NCBI GenBank assembly: GCA_964649615.1
Contig: CAZYPW010000002.1
Location: forward strand, 2,969-66,968
Direction of reading: 5' to 3'
DNA length: 64,000 nucleotides
Origin: an uncultured Gammaproteobacteria bacterium
GTDB lineage: Bacteria; Patescibacteriota; Microgenomatia; Daviesbacterales; UBA10151
Part shown: positions 19,853 through 31,239 of the stretch, piece by piece
Layout: each line of letters starts with the position of its first letter
Numbering within the stretch: the first letter of the stretch is position 1
Position numbers and translations under genes: made by a program
Notes under the pieces: model-generated
The model's input: only the letters and a program-made list of their open reading frames with translations
The model's database searches: none
What the model was told of the DNA's origin: nothing

Positions 19853-19951
19853 TATAAACTTCCGCGATTTGTAAGTCCGCGGTTTTCTTTAAAAGTTTAC
19901 AAGAAACTGCAGAAAACTCTGACTCATCATACCACCTACCCCGCGGAAGAC
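19853..19951. repeat. About 98-bp structured intergenic repeat, copy A
   Basis: About 92% identical to 61644-61741. Terminal inverted segments (cttccgcg ... cgcggaag) and an internal hairpin (ccgcg-atttgtaagt-cgcgg). Sits between the gatB stop and the dnaE start. Confidence 0.7.
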
Positions 19952-20057
19952 ACCAGAATATATACGACGAATTAATTTTATCCTGTTATATTTTTATTGC
20001 AAGTAGCAACACATCTCCTCACAAATTGCGCACACCAGGTGTGCCGTAGATAAACAC

Positions 20058-21404
20058 CTAGGATTTTGTCAGCAGTATTTCTAAAATTTCTTTTACTTTG
20101 CCAGGATCTGCTTTACCTTTAGTTTCTTTCATTACCCATCCTACCATTGCCTGAATTGCATTTATCCTGCCTTTAACAAAATCCTGAACGGCCATAGGGT
20201 TTTTTGTTATTGCCTCTTCAGCCAATTTTTTTAACTCTTTCCCATCATCAATCAACCCAACTAATTTGGCTTTAATTTCTTCAATAATTTGTGCCGTGCC
20301 TACAATGTTAATATCCGTCTTTTTGTTAATTATGTAATTTGCTATATCTTGAGCACTTACTTCCTGTTCTTGTCCTTGTTTTACTACAGTTTCAAAAAAT
20401 TCCGCCATCCTTTTATCTTCTGCTAATATTTCTGCATCTGTTTTTTTTATCCCTAACCCTTTCTCAAACCTTTCGCTCCTATCCCATGGTAATTCAGGAA
20501 GAGAATTCTTTATTGATTGGATTTTTTTATGCTCCAAAATTAATTCAGGCAAATCAGGTTCGGGAAAATAGCGGTAATCATGAGCATCTTCTTTACCTCT
20601 TTGGAGATATGTACACTTTTTGTCCTCATTCCATCCCCTGGTTTCTTGAAAAAGTTTCTCGCCTTTCTCAATTGCGGCAATTTGGCGTTTAATTTCATAC
20701 TCCACGGCTGCTACCATAAATCTAAAACTATTTATATTTTTAAGTTCCACCCTATAATTTGGTAAAACTCGAGCTTCACCCTTGGGGTGTCCGCTCAAAT
20801 TTCTGACTGAAACATTAGCCTCTAGTCTCATGTCTCCACGTTCCATATCTGCATTGGAGACTTCTAAATATCGAAAAAGCTGCTGCAGTTTTTTGGCATA
20901 ATCCCTAATCTGTTCCACATTTGTAAAATCAGGTTCAGTGACGATCTCTACCAGCGGCACTCCTGATCTATTAAAATCAATCAATGTTTCTGTACCCTTA
21001 TGAGATAGCTTCCCTGTATCTTCCTCCATATGCGCCCTGTTAATCCTTATCCATTTTCCATTTTCAATTTTCAATTTTCCATTTGTTGTTAATGGCCATC
21101 TGTATTGAGATATCTGGTATCCCTTGGGCAAATCCGGATAAAAGTAGTTTTTTCTCTCAAACAAAGACTTTTCGGCAACTGTACAATTCAAAGCAAGTCC
21201 TATTTTTATGCAATCATCTATAGCCTGCTCATTTATATAAGGCAAAGCTCCGGGTAACCCTAAACAAACCGGACAAGTATGGGTATTTGGCTCTTTGCCA
21301 AAATAATCTGCAGAACAGGAACAAAACATTTTGGATTTAGTATTTAGCTCAACATGAACTTCTAAACCAATCACAGGTTCATACATTTGCTTCGTATTTA
21401 TCAT
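20058..21404 (-). CDS. gatB: Asp/Glu-tRNA amidotransferase subunit B
   Basis: YEPVIGLEVHVELNTKSKMFCSC N-terminus. Confidence 0.9.
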   Translation of the reverse strand: MINTKQMYEPVIGLEVHVELNTKSKMFCSCSADYFGKEPNTHTCPVCLGLPGALPYINEQAIDDCIKIGLALNCTVAEKSLFERKNYFYPDLPKGYQISQYRWPLTTNGKLKIENGKWIRINRAHMEEDTGKLSHKGTETLIDFNRSGVPLVEIVTEPDFTNVEQIRDYAKKLQQLFRYLEVSNADMERGDMRLEANVSVRNLSGHPKGEARVLPNYRVELKNINSFRFMVAAVEYEIKRQIAAIEKGEKLFQETRGWNEDKKCTYLQRGKEDAHDYRYFPEPDLPELILEHKKIQSIKNSLPELPWDRSERFEKGLGIKKTDAEILAEDKRMAEFFETVVKQGQEQEVSAQDIANYIINKKTDINIVGTAQIIEEIKAKLVGLIDDGKELKKLAEEAITKNPMAVQDFVKGRINAIQAMVGWVMKETKGKADPGKVKEILEILLTKS

Positions 21405-21934
21405 TTGCCTCCTTCTTTAATCATCTTTGGTTGATATAATCTATCTATTGCACTTCTAATAAGGGTCAGGCTATCTTGTTGAGCAGATCTGTTAGCTTGA
21501 GTAGGGGAATCCTCAAAATCATGTAGGTATCTATCAAAAGTTTCTATTGCAACATTTAAGATGTTTCTTTTATTGACCAACGCCCTCACCTGTTCAAAAT
21601 CCCATGGGTTCACTCTAATCTCTTCTGGTTGTTTGGTTTCCCTATTAATTCCTGATCCCAGTATTACATCTTCTCCATCCACACCTATACCTTCATCTCT
21701 TTTTGAAGCCAGAAAAACCCCTAGATCTTGCTTTGCTTTTTTAGGTGGCTTTGACTCTAATAACTCTCCTGCCTTCCTTATAGCAACAGATCCAACTAAA
21801 CCGTCAATCCAATATCTCAACTTATATGCTTCATGTAACCAACTATATCCAGGCCTCACTTCAGGATCCAATCTTTCTGATGAATAAGGAAAGGTTTTAA
21901 CTTCTGTCATATTTTTGGTTTCTCCTTTCTCCAA
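21401..21934 (-). CDS. Hypothetical protein between gatA and gatB
   Basis: ORF only, co-directional within the gatCAB operon. Confidence 0.4.
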   Translation of the reverse strand: MEKGETKNMTEVKTFPYSSERLDPEVRPGYSWLHEAYKLRYWIDGLVGSVAIRKAGELLESKPPKKAKQDLGVFLASKRDEGIGVDGEDVILGSGINRETKQPEEIRVNPWDFEQVRALVNKRNILNVAIETFDRYLHDFEDSPTQANRSAQQDSLTLIRSAIDRLYQPKMIKEGGK

Positions 21935-23253
21935 TTTGTTGCTTGCTCATATGCAAAACCTACTCTTAAAATAGTTTCTTCATCGAAATGTTTCCCTAAA
22001 ATTTGTAACCCAACCGGCAACTCATCTGAAAATCCGCAAGGCACTGACAATCCCGGAATCCCTGCCAGATTTGCAGAGATTGTGTAGATATCGGAAAGAT
22101 ACATTCTTAAAGGATCATCAATTTTTTCTCCCAGATTCCACGCTGTGGTGGGGGAGACTGGGCCAACTATCACATCACATTTTTGAAAAGCATCCTTAAA
22201 ATCCCTTTTTACTAAAGTCCTCACTTTTGCAGCCTTAGCATAATATTCATCATAATATCCAGTGGAAAGCGCATATGTTCCCAACATGACTCTTCTTTTA
22301 ACCTCCGGGCCAATTTTATCCCTACCCTTCCCATACCTAATTCCGTCATAACGAGCCATATTAGAAGAAACTTCAGATGGCACAATTATGTAATAAGCTA
22401 CCAGAGCATATTCACTGTGCGGCAAACTTATTTCAACTATTTCTGCTCCTAAATTCTCCAATTTTTTAATAGCATCCTCCACTACATGTTTAACTTTTGG
22501 ATCCAGCCCTTCCTCAAAATACTCCCTAGGAACTCCAACCTTTAACTCTTGCACACCCTTAGGGTGTGTTAGCTTGACACCTTTAGTATTTATACAATTG
22601 CTGTCATATCCATCAGCACCCGAAATCCAGTCTAAAACTAGAGCGGCATCCTCAACAGATTTGGTCATAGGACCTATTTGATCTAAAGATGAAGCCATAG
22701 CAATTAATCCATATCTGGAAACTCTACCATAGGAAGGTTTTAAACCCACAATTCCAGTGAGAGATGCTGGCTGTCTAATAGACCCACCTGTATCAGATCC
22801 TAAAGCAAATGTACAAAGATCAGCTGCTACAGCTACAGCTGAACCAGAAGATGATCCGCCAGGAATCTTATTAATATCCCAGGGATTTTTAGTTGGACCA
22901 TAGGCGGAATTCTCTCCGGAGGCTCCCATTGCAAACTCATCATGATTAGTTTTTCCAATAATGGAAATTCCTTGTGCTAACAATTTATCTATGACTGTGG
23001 CATTGTATGGTGGAATGTAATTTTCCAAAACTTTGGAAGCTGCTGTAGTCTTAATACCTTTTGTTGAAATTACATCTTTTATAGCAGCAGGAATACCCTT
23101 AGTGGGATTTTCTATTTGCAAATAAGCATTTAATTTTTCATTCAATAAATCAATTCTCTCTTTATATGCTTTATTTAATTCTTCTTCAGAAAATTCTTTA
23201 TCTTTTAAAGCTTTTATAGTTTGCGTAAGAGTTAAAGAGGTAATATCACTCAT
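21907..23253 (-). CDS. gatA: Glu-tRNA(Gln) amidotransferase subunit A
   Basis: Amidase signature [13 protein letters not shown]. Confidence 0.9.
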   Translation of the reverse strand: MSDITSLTLTQTIKALKDKEFSEEELNKAYKERIDLLNEKLNAYLQIENPTKGIPAAIKDVISTKGIKTTAASKVLENYIPPYNATVIDKLLAQGISIIGKTNHDEFAMGASGENSAYGPTKNPWDINKIPGGSSSGSAVAVAADLCTFALGSDTGGSIRQPASLTGIVGLKPSYGRVSRYGLIAMASSLDQIGPMTKSVEDAALVLDWISGADGYDSNCINTKGVKLTHPKGVQELKVGVPREYFEEGLDPKVKHVVEDAIKKLENLGAEIVEISLPHSEYALVAYYIIVPSEVSSNMARYDGIRYGKGRDKIGPEVKRRVMLGTYALSTGYYDEYYAKAAKVRTLVKRDFKDAFQKCDVIVGPVSPTTAWNLGEKIDDPLRMYLSDIYTISANLAGIPGLSVPCGFSDELPVGLQILGKHFDEETILRVGFAYEQATNWRKEKPKI

Positions 23254-23539
23254 TAAAAACTCCTTTGGTTACAAAAAATCCATCCTGCTTTTTAGCAGCA
23301 TTTGATAAAACATCCTCTTGAGGCAAGGCGCAATCCCCTACCTCATCTTTAGCTTCAATATTTACTTGTCCTGAAACATTAAATGTTGGTTCCACTCCAG
23401 AAGTATCAACGAAATTTAGCTGATCAACATATTCTAAAATTTTAGATAACTGTTCAGAATATTTTTTTTCTTCTTCATCAGAAATAGGTAAATTAGCTAG
23501 TTTAGCAACATGTTTTACTTGATCTTTAGTTAGTTTCAT
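23246..23539 (-). CDS. gatC: Glu-tRNA(Gln) amidotransferase subunit C
   Basis: 97 aa, upstream of and coupled to gatA, GatC-like. Confidence 0.75.
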   Translation of the reverse strand: MKLTKDQVKHVAKLANLPISDEEEKKYSEQLSKILEYVDQLNFVDTSGVEPTFNVSGQVNIEAKDEVGDCALPQEDVLSNAAKKQDGFFVTKGVFNE

Positions 23540-23581
23540 ATAGGTAGGATTATACCCTACCTAATCCAGGGTGTTAAGAGT

Positions 23582-24502
23582 TTAAATCTTACCCTCCATT
23601 TCCTGAAGGGCTTTGAGGCGGGCCTCCATCGGAGGGTGGGTATTAAAAAGTCCGGCAAGCCAAGCGCCGGCGTTTTTTCCTTTTAAAGGATTAACAATAA
23701 AAAGGTGTGCTGTTCCTGAGTGAGCAACTTTCATTTGAGTGTGAGATGAGGATATTTTCTGCAGCGCTGAAGCCAAACCTTGAGGATATCTTGTTAAAAG
23801 CACCCCTGACGCATCCGCCAAAAGTTCTCTTCTTCTGGAAACCGCCATTTGTATAAGCATGGCTGCAATGGGTGCCAAAATAGCTGCAATTATTGACAGT
23901 ACCATAAATAATCCCCCACCTCTTTCTCTATTATTTCCGCCAAACCAAAGTGAACGCATAAAAATATCCGCAAGTATAGCGATTACTCCAACAAGAACTG
24001 ATACAACTGCCATAACTAGGGTATCCCTATTCCCCACATGAGACAATTCATGAGCTGTCACTCCTTCTAATTCATGCTTGTCCAGTCTTTGTAGGATTCC
24101 TCTGGTAAAAGCAATAGCCGCATGTTTAGGATCTCTGCCTGTGGCAAAAGCATTTGGAGCTTCCTCATTCATGATATAAACTTTTGGTAAGGGCAACCCT
24201 GCAGCAAGACAAAGATTCTCTACAGTTCTATAAAGAGTGGGATTATCCTCTTTTTTAATTGGTTTTGCCTCAGAAAGACCCAGTACAATTTTATCTGAGT
24301 AGTAGTAGCTTACAAAATTCATTATTCCTGCAAAAATTAGAGCAAAACCCACCAATCCTAAAGCCCCCACATTATCATAACCAAAACCTCTGGCAAATAT
24401 ATAAACAATACCAATAACAAAAAGGGAGAAAAAGAACATAATCAGCCATGTTTTGAAAATATTTCCTGAAACATGATCCCAAGCTGTATTAACAGTTGCC
24501 AT
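23582..24502 (-). CDS. htpX: M48-family zinc metalloprotease HtpX
   Basis: HELSHV HExxH motif and N-terminal transmembrane segments. Confidence 0.8.
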   Translation of the reverse strand: MATVNTAWDHVSGNIFKTWLIMFFFSLFVIGIVYIFARGFGYDNVGALGLVGFALIFAGIMNFVSYYYSDKIVLGLSEAKPIKKEDNPTLYRTVENLCLAAGLPLPKVYIMNEEAPNAFATGRDPKHAAIAFTRGILQRLDKHELEGVTAHELSHVGNRDTLVMAVVSVLVGVIAILADIFMRSLWFGGNNRERGGGLFMVLSIIAAILAPIAAMLIQMAVSRRRELLADASGVLLTRYPQGLASALQKISSSHTQMKVAHSGTAHLFIVNPLKGKNAGAWLAGLFNTHPPMEARLKALQEMEGKI

Positions 24503-24507
24503 AGGAG

Positions 24508-25059
24508 TTAAAATTTGACTTCAATATCTTTTTTATCCTCTTCAGTGGCTTTGAAGAAGTCTTCTTTAATAAATCCAAACATAGATCCTACCCAGGCAGA
24601 GGGGATAGTTTCCAAAGAATTATTTAAATCCAAAACATTGGTGTTATAAAACTGCCTGGAGGCTGCTACTTTTGTTTCTGTATCAGAAAGTTCATCCTGA
24701 AGTTTAATAAAATTCTCCGAAGCTTTAAGGTTTGGGTAATTCTCCGCCACAGCAAAGAGTGATTTTAAAGCACCGGTTAACATATTATCAGCCGCAGCAG
24801 CTTCATGGGGATTTTTTGCACCCATTAAAGATGTTCTGGCTTTTGTTACCTCTTCCAGCACCCCTTTTTCATGCTTAACATATCCCTTAACAGCTTCTAC
24901 TAAATTAGGAATTAAAGATGAACGCCTCTTTAACTGCACATCTATTTGTGACCAAGCCTCTCTGACTCTGTTCCTTAAGGTAATTAAACTATTATAGGCA
25001 AATAATATCCATAGTGCTAGAACTACTATTATCCCTACTACAATATAAGTAATTTCCAT
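24508..25059 (-). CDS. lemA: LemA family protein
   Basis: N-terminal TM, LemA-like core, 183 aa, upstream of htpX. Confidence 0.75.
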   Translation of the reverse strand: MEITYIVVGIIVVLALWILFAYNSLITLRNRVREAWSQIDVQLKRRSSLIPNLVEAVKGYVKHEKGVLEEVTKARTSLMGAKNPHEAAAADNMLTGALKSLFAVAENYPNLKASENFIKLQDELSDTETKVAASRQFYNTNVLDLNNSLETIPSAWVGSMFGFIKEDFFKATEEDKKDIEVKF

Positions 25060-25082
25060 AATTCTTGACTCTATATTCTTGA

Positions 25083-26825
25083 TTATATATTAAACCATTT
25101 GGCAAAATCTGTCCAGCCCCAAGTGTTAACTATATCTTTGGCTTCTGCCCAACCGCGCCTGGCAACAGCCACTCCAAATTTCATATTATCCATCTGAGAA
25201 ACCTGATGAGCATCAGTATCTATAATAAATTTAACTCCATATTTTAGCGCAAGCCTGACTAAATCATCCCTTAAATCTAATCTATTTGGATAGGCATTGA
25301 TCTCCAAAATCTTGTTATTTTTGGCAGCTGCTTTAAAAATTTGCTCCCAATCGGCATCTGATGACTCTCTTTCATTTAAAAGCCTGTTTGTAGGATGGGA
25401 GATAATATCTACTTGAGGATTATTTAAAGCACCAATTAGCCTTTTAGTAATTTCTTCCTTTGAACCCCTATGCCCAGAGTGAATTCCAGCTATGCAATAA
25501 TCAAGCGTGACTAAAACTTCATCAGGCATACTCAAACTCCCATCACCTAAAATATCTATTTCGAGTCCATTAAGTACTCGAATACTTTTTGTACCCTGCC
25601 TAAGGGATTGAATAAATTTTGTCCTCTTTTCTACCCAACTAATAATTTCTTTTTTGCTGTTTGTACTATGCCCTGGTGGATGGTCTGCAATCCCCACAAA
25701 CTGATATTCAAACTCCTGAGCTTTTTTAACAATCTCCTCAATAGAATTTACTCCTGGAGCATGGGATGGACTTTTAATAGCAAAATTTGAATGTAGATGC
25801 AAATCTCCTTTAATATCCCCCGCTTCTACTAAATTAGGTAAATTATGCTTCAGGGCAGCCTCTATCTCTCCGGTATCTTCCCTCATCTCTGGCGGGGGAA
25901 TCTGCATACCTAGCAGTTTGTAGAATTCCTCCTCTGTTTCTGTTTTAATTGTTTTTTGACTGTCCATTTTCCTAACTCCATATTCACTTAATGAGTAACC
26001 CAGGTCCAAAGCTAAACTTCTAAGATGAATATTGTGGCTCTTAGAGCCTGTAAAATGCTGCAGAAGGGCTCCGTAAGAGCTTAGACTGCCCACAAGCAGA
26101 TCAGCCTGCACACCGCTTTGGAGAATCACTGTAGCTTTATTCACGCCCTGGTCAACAATCCTGGCAACACCGGGCATTTCACAAAAACAGTCTATAATTT
26201 TCTTAGGCTCCTCTGAGCTGGCAGAAAAATCCAGATCCCCCACAGTTGCCGCCATTCTTCGAAGGGAACCTAGTGAGTGAACTTGTAAAACACCAGGGCA
26301 CTTTTTAAGATACTCCAGAATTTTTTCTGCCTGTGCATAACCATACGGAAGCAACATCCTGTTGTCTCTTTGGGATAATTCATGTAATCCTGACAGAATA
26401 TTTTGAGCAATTTTAGCTGAGAAACCTTTTTTTACTAATTCTCCAGTTTTAAGTTTTTTGGGTAAATCCTCAATATTATTTACTCCTAAATCAACCATCT
26501 TTTGGGCAGTTTTAGGCCCAATCCCTGGAATATCTAAAAGATCAAAAACTATACTGGGTATCCCCTGCTGAATCTTCTCAAAGTGCTTAACCTTGCCTGT
26601 TTTAAATAATTCATCCAAATAGCCCTGAAGAGCCACTCCTAAGCCTGGAACTTGGCCCAATTTACCTTCCTCCCATAGGTCAGCAATTTCTGCAGTGGAG
26701 TGTTCAATAGAATCAGCAGCATTGCTGTAAGCTCTTATCTGAAAAATATTACCTATTTCTTTAATAGTTAGCGCGGCGGCTATATCACGAAGCAATTTTG
26801 CCAATCGTTGATTAGAAATCTCCAC
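25083..26825 (-). CDS. Family X DNA polymerase with C-terminal PHP domain
   Basis: Hh[10 protein letters not shown], Pol-beta-like core, PHP motif DLHLHSNF. Confidence 0.85.
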   Translation of the reverse strand: MEISNQRLAKLLRDIAAALTIKEIGNIFQIRAYSNAADSIEHSTAEIADLWEEGKLGQVPGLGVALQGYLDELFKTGKVKHFEKIQQGIPSIVFDLLDIPGIGPKTAQKMVDLGVNNIEDLPKKLKTGELVKKGFSAKIAQNILSGLHELSQRDNRMLLPYGYAQAEKILEYLKKCPGVLQVHSLGSLRRMAATVGDLDFSASSEEPKKIIDCFCEMPGVARIVDQGVNKATVILQSGVQADLLVGSLSSYGALLQHFTGSKSHNIHLRSLALDLGYSLSEYGVRKMDSQKTIKTETEEEFYKLLGMQIPPPEMREDTGEIEAALKHNLPNLVEAGDIKGDLHLHSNFAIKSPSHAPGVNSIEEIVKKAQEFEYQFVGIADHPPGHSTNSKKEIISWVEKRTKFIQSLRQGTKSIRVLNGLEIDILGDGSLSMPDEVLVTLDYCIAGIHSGHRGSKEEITKRLIGALNNPQVDIISHPTNRLLNERESSDADWEQIFKAAAKNNKILEINAYPNRLDLRDDLVRLALKYGVKFIIDTDAHQVSQMDNMKFGVAVARRGWAEAKDIVNTWGWTDFAKWFNI

Positions 26826-26845
26826 AATGTTAATATATCAGAAGT

Positions 26846-26918
26846 TGGGACCGTAGTGAACCGGTCATCACGTCTCCCTGTCACGGAGAAGATAGCGGGT
26901 TCGATTCCCGTCGGTCCC
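26846..26918 (+). tRNA. tRNA-Asp (anticodon GUC)
   Basis: Acceptor GGGACCG/CGGTCCC, anticodon loop CTGTCAC, T-loop TTCGATT. Confidence 0.8.
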
Positions 26919-28589
26919 GCAAGATATACTTTTGTTCTTATGATACATCTCGTTTAGCTTGAACAGGCCAGCTAATCGGGGTGTTCCATTGATTAAATCT
27001 TCATAAGTTGGTTTTTCATCAAAAATAATTCCAAAAACAGCAGCATTTTTAAGGGGATTTTTGTGTCCTAACAACATATTCTCTGGGTGTTCCATAAATT
27101 TTCTTAATGACCTTAAAACATCATCCCTGCTAACATTAACTACCTCATCCTTTTGTTGTTTTTCCTTAAATTCATCAACCTTTAATTGCTCAATTTCTCC
27201 CTCTAACTCTGAAACCCTCTCTTGCATTGATTTAAGCATTGTTTGGTTAGTTAGGATTTCACAATTCTTTGAAATTTGATCTATTTGAATTTGTAATTCT
27301 GCTATTCTCGCTTGTCTTCCATTATCAGTTTTCTCTATCTGTCCTATTCTTAATTCCCAATTTTCAAGAAAACTTGCCTCAAAATCAGCAATAAACTTAT
27401 CGGTAAACTTGATATTTGAACAAAAGTCCTTAATTTCTGCATTAAAATCTCTTAGCTTAATTCTGAAAGATTTGTGGTTTCTTGAGCAATGATAGGCTGG
27501 ATGCTTTTTACCGAGTTTACCAGTAGAAGCACTACCCATCAGAGGTTTTTTACAAATAGAACAAAGGACATACTGTTTATAGGCATACATAGGGTTGAAT
27601 TTATTTTTAGTGATTCTCCAACTTGGAGGATTACCTTTATGAATTGTAATTAGTCCATGATTGTCTTCAATAAAAGCCCGCCCAAGATTAGCTTTATTCC
27701 ATAATTCTATGCTAATCAAACCCCCGCCATACAATCTAACTGGTTTACCATTGGTCCATTTCTCGGTATTAACCCCACAATAGATTGGATTTTGAATGTA
27801 TTGAGTAAGTTTTTTGATCGTTAATTTATTGTTTCCATATAAAGCTACTACCTTATTACCATTATGCTTATCTCTGTGTTTCTTTTGTCTAGTTCTAAAA
27901 CCCATTTTATTAACCTCATCAACAACTTTCTGCTTAGTAAAACTACCCAACGCTGTTAATTCAAACATTCTTATAAACCACGGAGATTCAATCGGGTGGG
28001 GTTTTAAAATGTACCTTTTACCATGTTCTTCTGTTTCAATTCTTTCGGAGGTATAACCTGGTGGGGTAGTGGATCGCCAAAATCCTAATCTGATATACCG
28101 GATAGCAGCTCCTAACATTCTGGTTTGAATATCCCTAATTTCATCCTTAAAACGCTCTGCTGTTAAGATTTCATTTTGGAAAGAAGGATTATATACACTC
28201 CATTTATACTCAACCCCTAGATGGGCGAGGGTATTAACTTTATATTCTGAAATCACACCATGACAATCAATAAGTGATACACCAGCTTTTTCCAGTTGTG
28301 ATTTTAGATCAGAATAAGGACCTACTCCACCTCTGGTAAATCTATCAATACTTTTAACAATGCAATACTTAATTTTGTTCTTTGGGTTTTTACAATAGTC
28401 TATAGCCGCCTGTGAGGGTTGCAATTCACCGGATGCAGATTCCATGAAGGTAAATGTTTCTTTGAGGGAAGCGTTAAGAGATTCAGCTTTTAATACAATC
28501 TGCTCTAGTTGATCTTCTGGGGAATCACCCTGTAAACCCTGCTTTTTAGAACTAACTCTTATTAGAGCTACTGCGTGACATTCCTGCAT
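26868..28589 (-). CDS. Large serine recombinase (integrase)
   Basis: Catalytic serine in ALIRVSSKKQ, a recombinase domain and a zinc ribbon (CSICKK...YHCSRNH). The last roughly 17 codons are antisense to tRNA-Asp. Confidence 0.8.
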   Translation of the reverse strand: MQECHAVALIRVSSKKQGLQGDSPEDQLEQIVLKAESLNASLKETFTFMESASGELQPSQAAIDYCKNPKNKIKYCIVKSIDRFTRGGVGPYSDLKSQLEKAGVSLIDCHGVISEYKVNTLAHLGVEYKWSVYNPSFQNEILTAERFKDEIRDIQTRMLGAAIRYIRLGFWRSTTPPGYTSERIETEEHGKRYILKPHPIESPWFIRMFELTALGSFTKQKVVDEVNKMGFRTRQKKHRDKHNGNKVVALYGNNKLTIKKLTQYIQNPIYCGVNTEKWTNGKPVRLYGGGLISIELWNKANLGRAFIEDNHGLITIHKGNPPSWRITKNKFNPMYAYKQYVLCSICKKPLMGSASTGKLGKKHPAYHCSRNHKSFRIKLRDFNAEIKDFCSNIKFTDKFIADFEASFLENWELRIGQIEKTDNGRQARIAELQIQIDQISKNCEILTNQTMLKSMQERVSELEGEIEQLKVDEFKEKQQKDEVVNVSRDDVLRSLRKFMEHPENMLLGHKNPLKNAAVFGIIFDEKPTYEDLINGTPRLAGLFKLNEMYHKNKSISCGTDGNRTRYLLRDRET

Positions 28590-28730
28590 ATTTCTTTTAC
28601 TTTAACCCCTTTCTTAGGTTGTTTCAATATATATTTTTCCGGATTTTCTAACATTAGGTCTATTATGTGATTGGATAAAACATCCATCAAGTCTTCCTGT
28701 TTAGAATTTCTCTCTATTTGTGTTTTAGAA

Positions 28731-29276
28731 TCAGGCATAGGGACTCCTCCTAAACCCTTCTGCTTTTTCTTTTAACTTCTTATAAGATTCCGTTTCTGAA
28801 AGATTTTTAACCTCATTCTTATTATCTTTTTCTAATTCATTTTCTTCTAATAGCTGATAACCATTTTTATCGGAGGTCGGGTAATCATCTTTAACAGAGG
28901 TCTGATAATTATTACTGACAGAGGGGGTTAAAAGGGACCATTCATTTGATAGATTTGTTTTGCCATCAACCTTCCTGTTCTTTTTATCTAAAATTCTAAG
29001 TTCTACAAACCGCCTACAATAAATTTTAACTGTGGAAATAGATTTGCCGGTGAGTTTAGCTATTTGGGAATAATAGGCAGTAAATTCATCACTAGAATTG
29101 TTGCTAGCCAATTCAGTAAGGGTTTGATAAATAGCCAGAGCAGTGGTTAATTTCTGACCCTTAAAATTATTTCTTATAAATTCAGTCATGTCTTTATCCT
29201 GCCAACACCAGCGTCTGGATTTTTTAATATTTCTCGATATTTCCATTTCTGTTTCCTTCATTTCTTGCCTGTGCAA
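28731..29276 (-). CDS. Putative wHTH DNA-binding protein
   Basis: Helix-turn-helix-like segment LAIYQTLTELA...SISTVKIYCRRFVELRIL, upstream of the recombinase. Confidence 0.35.
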   Translation of the reverse strand: MHRQEMKETEMEISRNIKKSRRWCWQDKDMTEFIRNNFKGQKLTTALAIYQTLTELASNNSSDEFTAYYSQIAKLTGKSISTVKIYCRRFVELRILDKKNRKVDGKTNLSNEWSLLTPSVSNNYQTSVKDDYPTSDKNGYQLLEENELEKDNKNEVKNLSETESYKKLKEKAEGFRRSPYA

Positions 29277-29550
29277 CTTGTTTCCAAAATGTTTCTATGG
29301 CCTCAAAGAGGTCTTTAGCGGATATATGTGGCTCTGTCTTGGTTCTGAATTGATTTATGAGGTTTTGAGCCTCTTTCTTAGGGGTAAACTGCCAATAAAC
29401 AACTCTGTTTTCTGAATAACTCTTAACAAATTTAATTAAGCCTGCAAAGCTAGCAGCAAGAAGAAAGGGAGCATTAATTTTATCTTTTTCAATATATACA
29501 TCCATAAATTTTTCCATTAAAAAAGCCCGTCTATAAACGGCAAATGCCAT
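29224..29550 (-). CDS. Hypothetical protein
   Basis: ORF only, same strand as the recombinase module. Confidence 0.3.
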   Translation of the reverse strand: MAFAVYRRAFLMEKFMDVYIEKDKINAPFLLAASFAGLIKFVKSYSENRVVYWQFTPKKEAQNLINQFRTKTEPHISAKDLFEAIETFWKQVAQARNEGNRNGNIEKY

Positions 29551-29694
29551 TTACAAACGAGCTCCGGTTTTCCGATAACTCTGTACTAAGTGTTCAGTTA
29601 AGGATTAATCCTAACTGCTATTTAATAATACACCCATTTGAGGAAAATAATACTTGTTTGATCGTTCTACCAGATGGGAAAAAGGACTTGACAC

Positions 29695-29958
29695 CTAAAA
29701 ACCTTTAAAAAATTCCTCCAGTGAAAGTCCTAATGAGTGTGCCAATCTCCATACGGTATGTAGGCTTGGGGAATATTTACCCTTCTCAATCTTGTTGACA
29801 TAAGTGTGATAATAACCAGCCTTATTAGAAAGCTCCTCCTGACTCATGTCTGTTTTCTCTCTGACATTTTTTAAATGAGCACCAATCTTCTTGGCAAACT
29901 CCTTTTTCTCTAACCTTCTTTCTACTGGCTTACTTCCATCTAAATCTTTTGGCTTCAT
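29695..29958 (-). CDS. XRE-family HTH transcriptional regulator
   Basis: MSQEELSNKAGYYHTYVNKIEKGKYSPSLHTVWRLAHSLGLSLEEF HTH_3 signature. Confidence 0.8.
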   Translation of the reverse strand: MKPKDLDGSKPVERRLEKKEFAKKIGAHLKNVREKTDMSQEELSNKAGYYHTYVNKIEKGKYSPSLHTVWRLAHSLGLSLEEFFKGF

Positions 29959-30003
29959 ATCTTAATTAGACACAAGCCACCACACAAATACACTGCACTA
30001 GTA

Positions 30004-30675
30004 TTGTGGATTTATGCTAAAATCAAATCGTTTATAAATATGCTTGAAGACTTATTTCAAAAGATAACAATTGCAATTACTTCAATAGTTATTGCAGTTA
30101 CCGGAGTATTTACAGGACCAAAGCCTACCCCTACCCCAACGCCTATTGCCGAACAAAGGGTTGAATCTTCTCCAACACCTTCTGTCATCCCATCAATTAA
30201 ACCTACTTTGCAAGCTATCCCAAAACCATCTAGCACTCCAAAGGTAGAACCAACACCCTCAAGCCAATCCGAATGGACTTTTACAAAGGATCAATATGAG
30301 GTAAACATTAGTAATGTTGACTACGGAACTATTTCTTGGCAGGCTCCAGGTGTAATGGCTGATGTAAATATTAAAAACATATCCATAACACCCTTTATCA
30401 CTAAATATGATCTTTCTGACTGTAAAGTAGTTAAAAATGGCACGCCTAGCAAATTCTATCCTAAAGGTTTTTTACCATCTTTGCCAAAAGGAATACCACC
30501 AGGAGAATCTTATCAAACCAGAATTGAAAAAGGATTTAGCGGTACTGATTATGATTCCTCTGGAAATAAAATTCTGCCCTCATCTGATTTAAAAGTAACA
30601 ACCTGCACTTTCACAGTGCAAACAGAAGGTAATTCAATCATTGAACCTAAAGTAGTAACTTTTTCAAACTTATAG
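30004..30675 (+). CDS. Secreted/membrane-anchored Pro/Thr-rich protein
   Basis: N-terminal TM, PTPTPTP and PSxxP linkers. Confidence 0.4.
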   Translation: MWIYAKIKSFINMLEDLFQKITIAITSIVIAVTGVFTGPKPTPTPTPIAEQRVESSPTPSVIPSIKPTLQAIPKPSSTPKVEPTPSSQSEWTFTKDQYEVNISNVDYGTISWQAPGVMADVNIKNISITPFITKYDLSDCKVVKNGTPSKFYPKGFLPSLPKGIPPGESYQTRIEKGFSGTDYDSSGNKILPSSDLKVTTCTFTVQTEGNSIIEPKVVTFSNL

Positions 30676-30691
30676 AAAAGCTGGTAAAACA

Positions 30692-31174
30692 ATGACAAAT
30701 AAGGAAGTATTAAAGGATCTCACTTTTGATGTAAATGATTTATTGTCTGAATATATTGCTATCCATAATGACAGGCTTAAAAGAGCTGGGACATTAGTAA
30801 GCTTTCTAAAAAACCTTTTCTTGGATAAAAAGATTGACTTCAACCAAATAACTAATGACACAGCCTTACTTCTGGGGAAATTTGAATCTAAGGAAAGAAA
30901 GTTTACACTTGTAAAGAACACATTTTATAAGCGTTTCGATGGACAGGAAAAGGAGTTTTTTGAATGTTTAACTCAATATTTTGACGCTTTGTATTTAACC
31001 TGTAAATCATTGGCAAGAGTTGCAGAATATCAACATTTAATAAGCCAGAGCTCAAAAAACGCATCTTGGAGTAAAAACAAACAACTAGAGGAAAATTATC
31101 AGGAATCAATTAAAAACTATTACGCTTTAGGAGAACAGCTAAATATACTCTATGGGAAGTTATTTAGTATTTAG
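30692..31174 (+). CDS. Hypothetical protein
   Basis: ORF only. Confidence 0.3.
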   Translation: MTNKEVLKDLTFDVNDLLSEYIAIHNDRLKRAGTLVSFLKNLFLDKKIDFNQITNDTALLLGKFESKERKFTLVKNTFYKRFDGQEKEFFECLTQYFDALYLTCKSLARVAEYQHLISQSSKNASWSKNKQLEENYQESIKNYYALGEQLNILYGKLFSI

Positions 31175-31239
31175 TCTAATGATTACAAAGTCTACAGTCA
31201 TACCTATGATAAGTATTTGTCAAAAGATTATTAGAACTT

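Noticed and set aside
20339-21887. Plus-strand ORFs 20339-20692, 20580-20765 and 21561-21887
   Set aside because: They are antisense to gatB and the gatA-gatB intervening gene, with no motifs.
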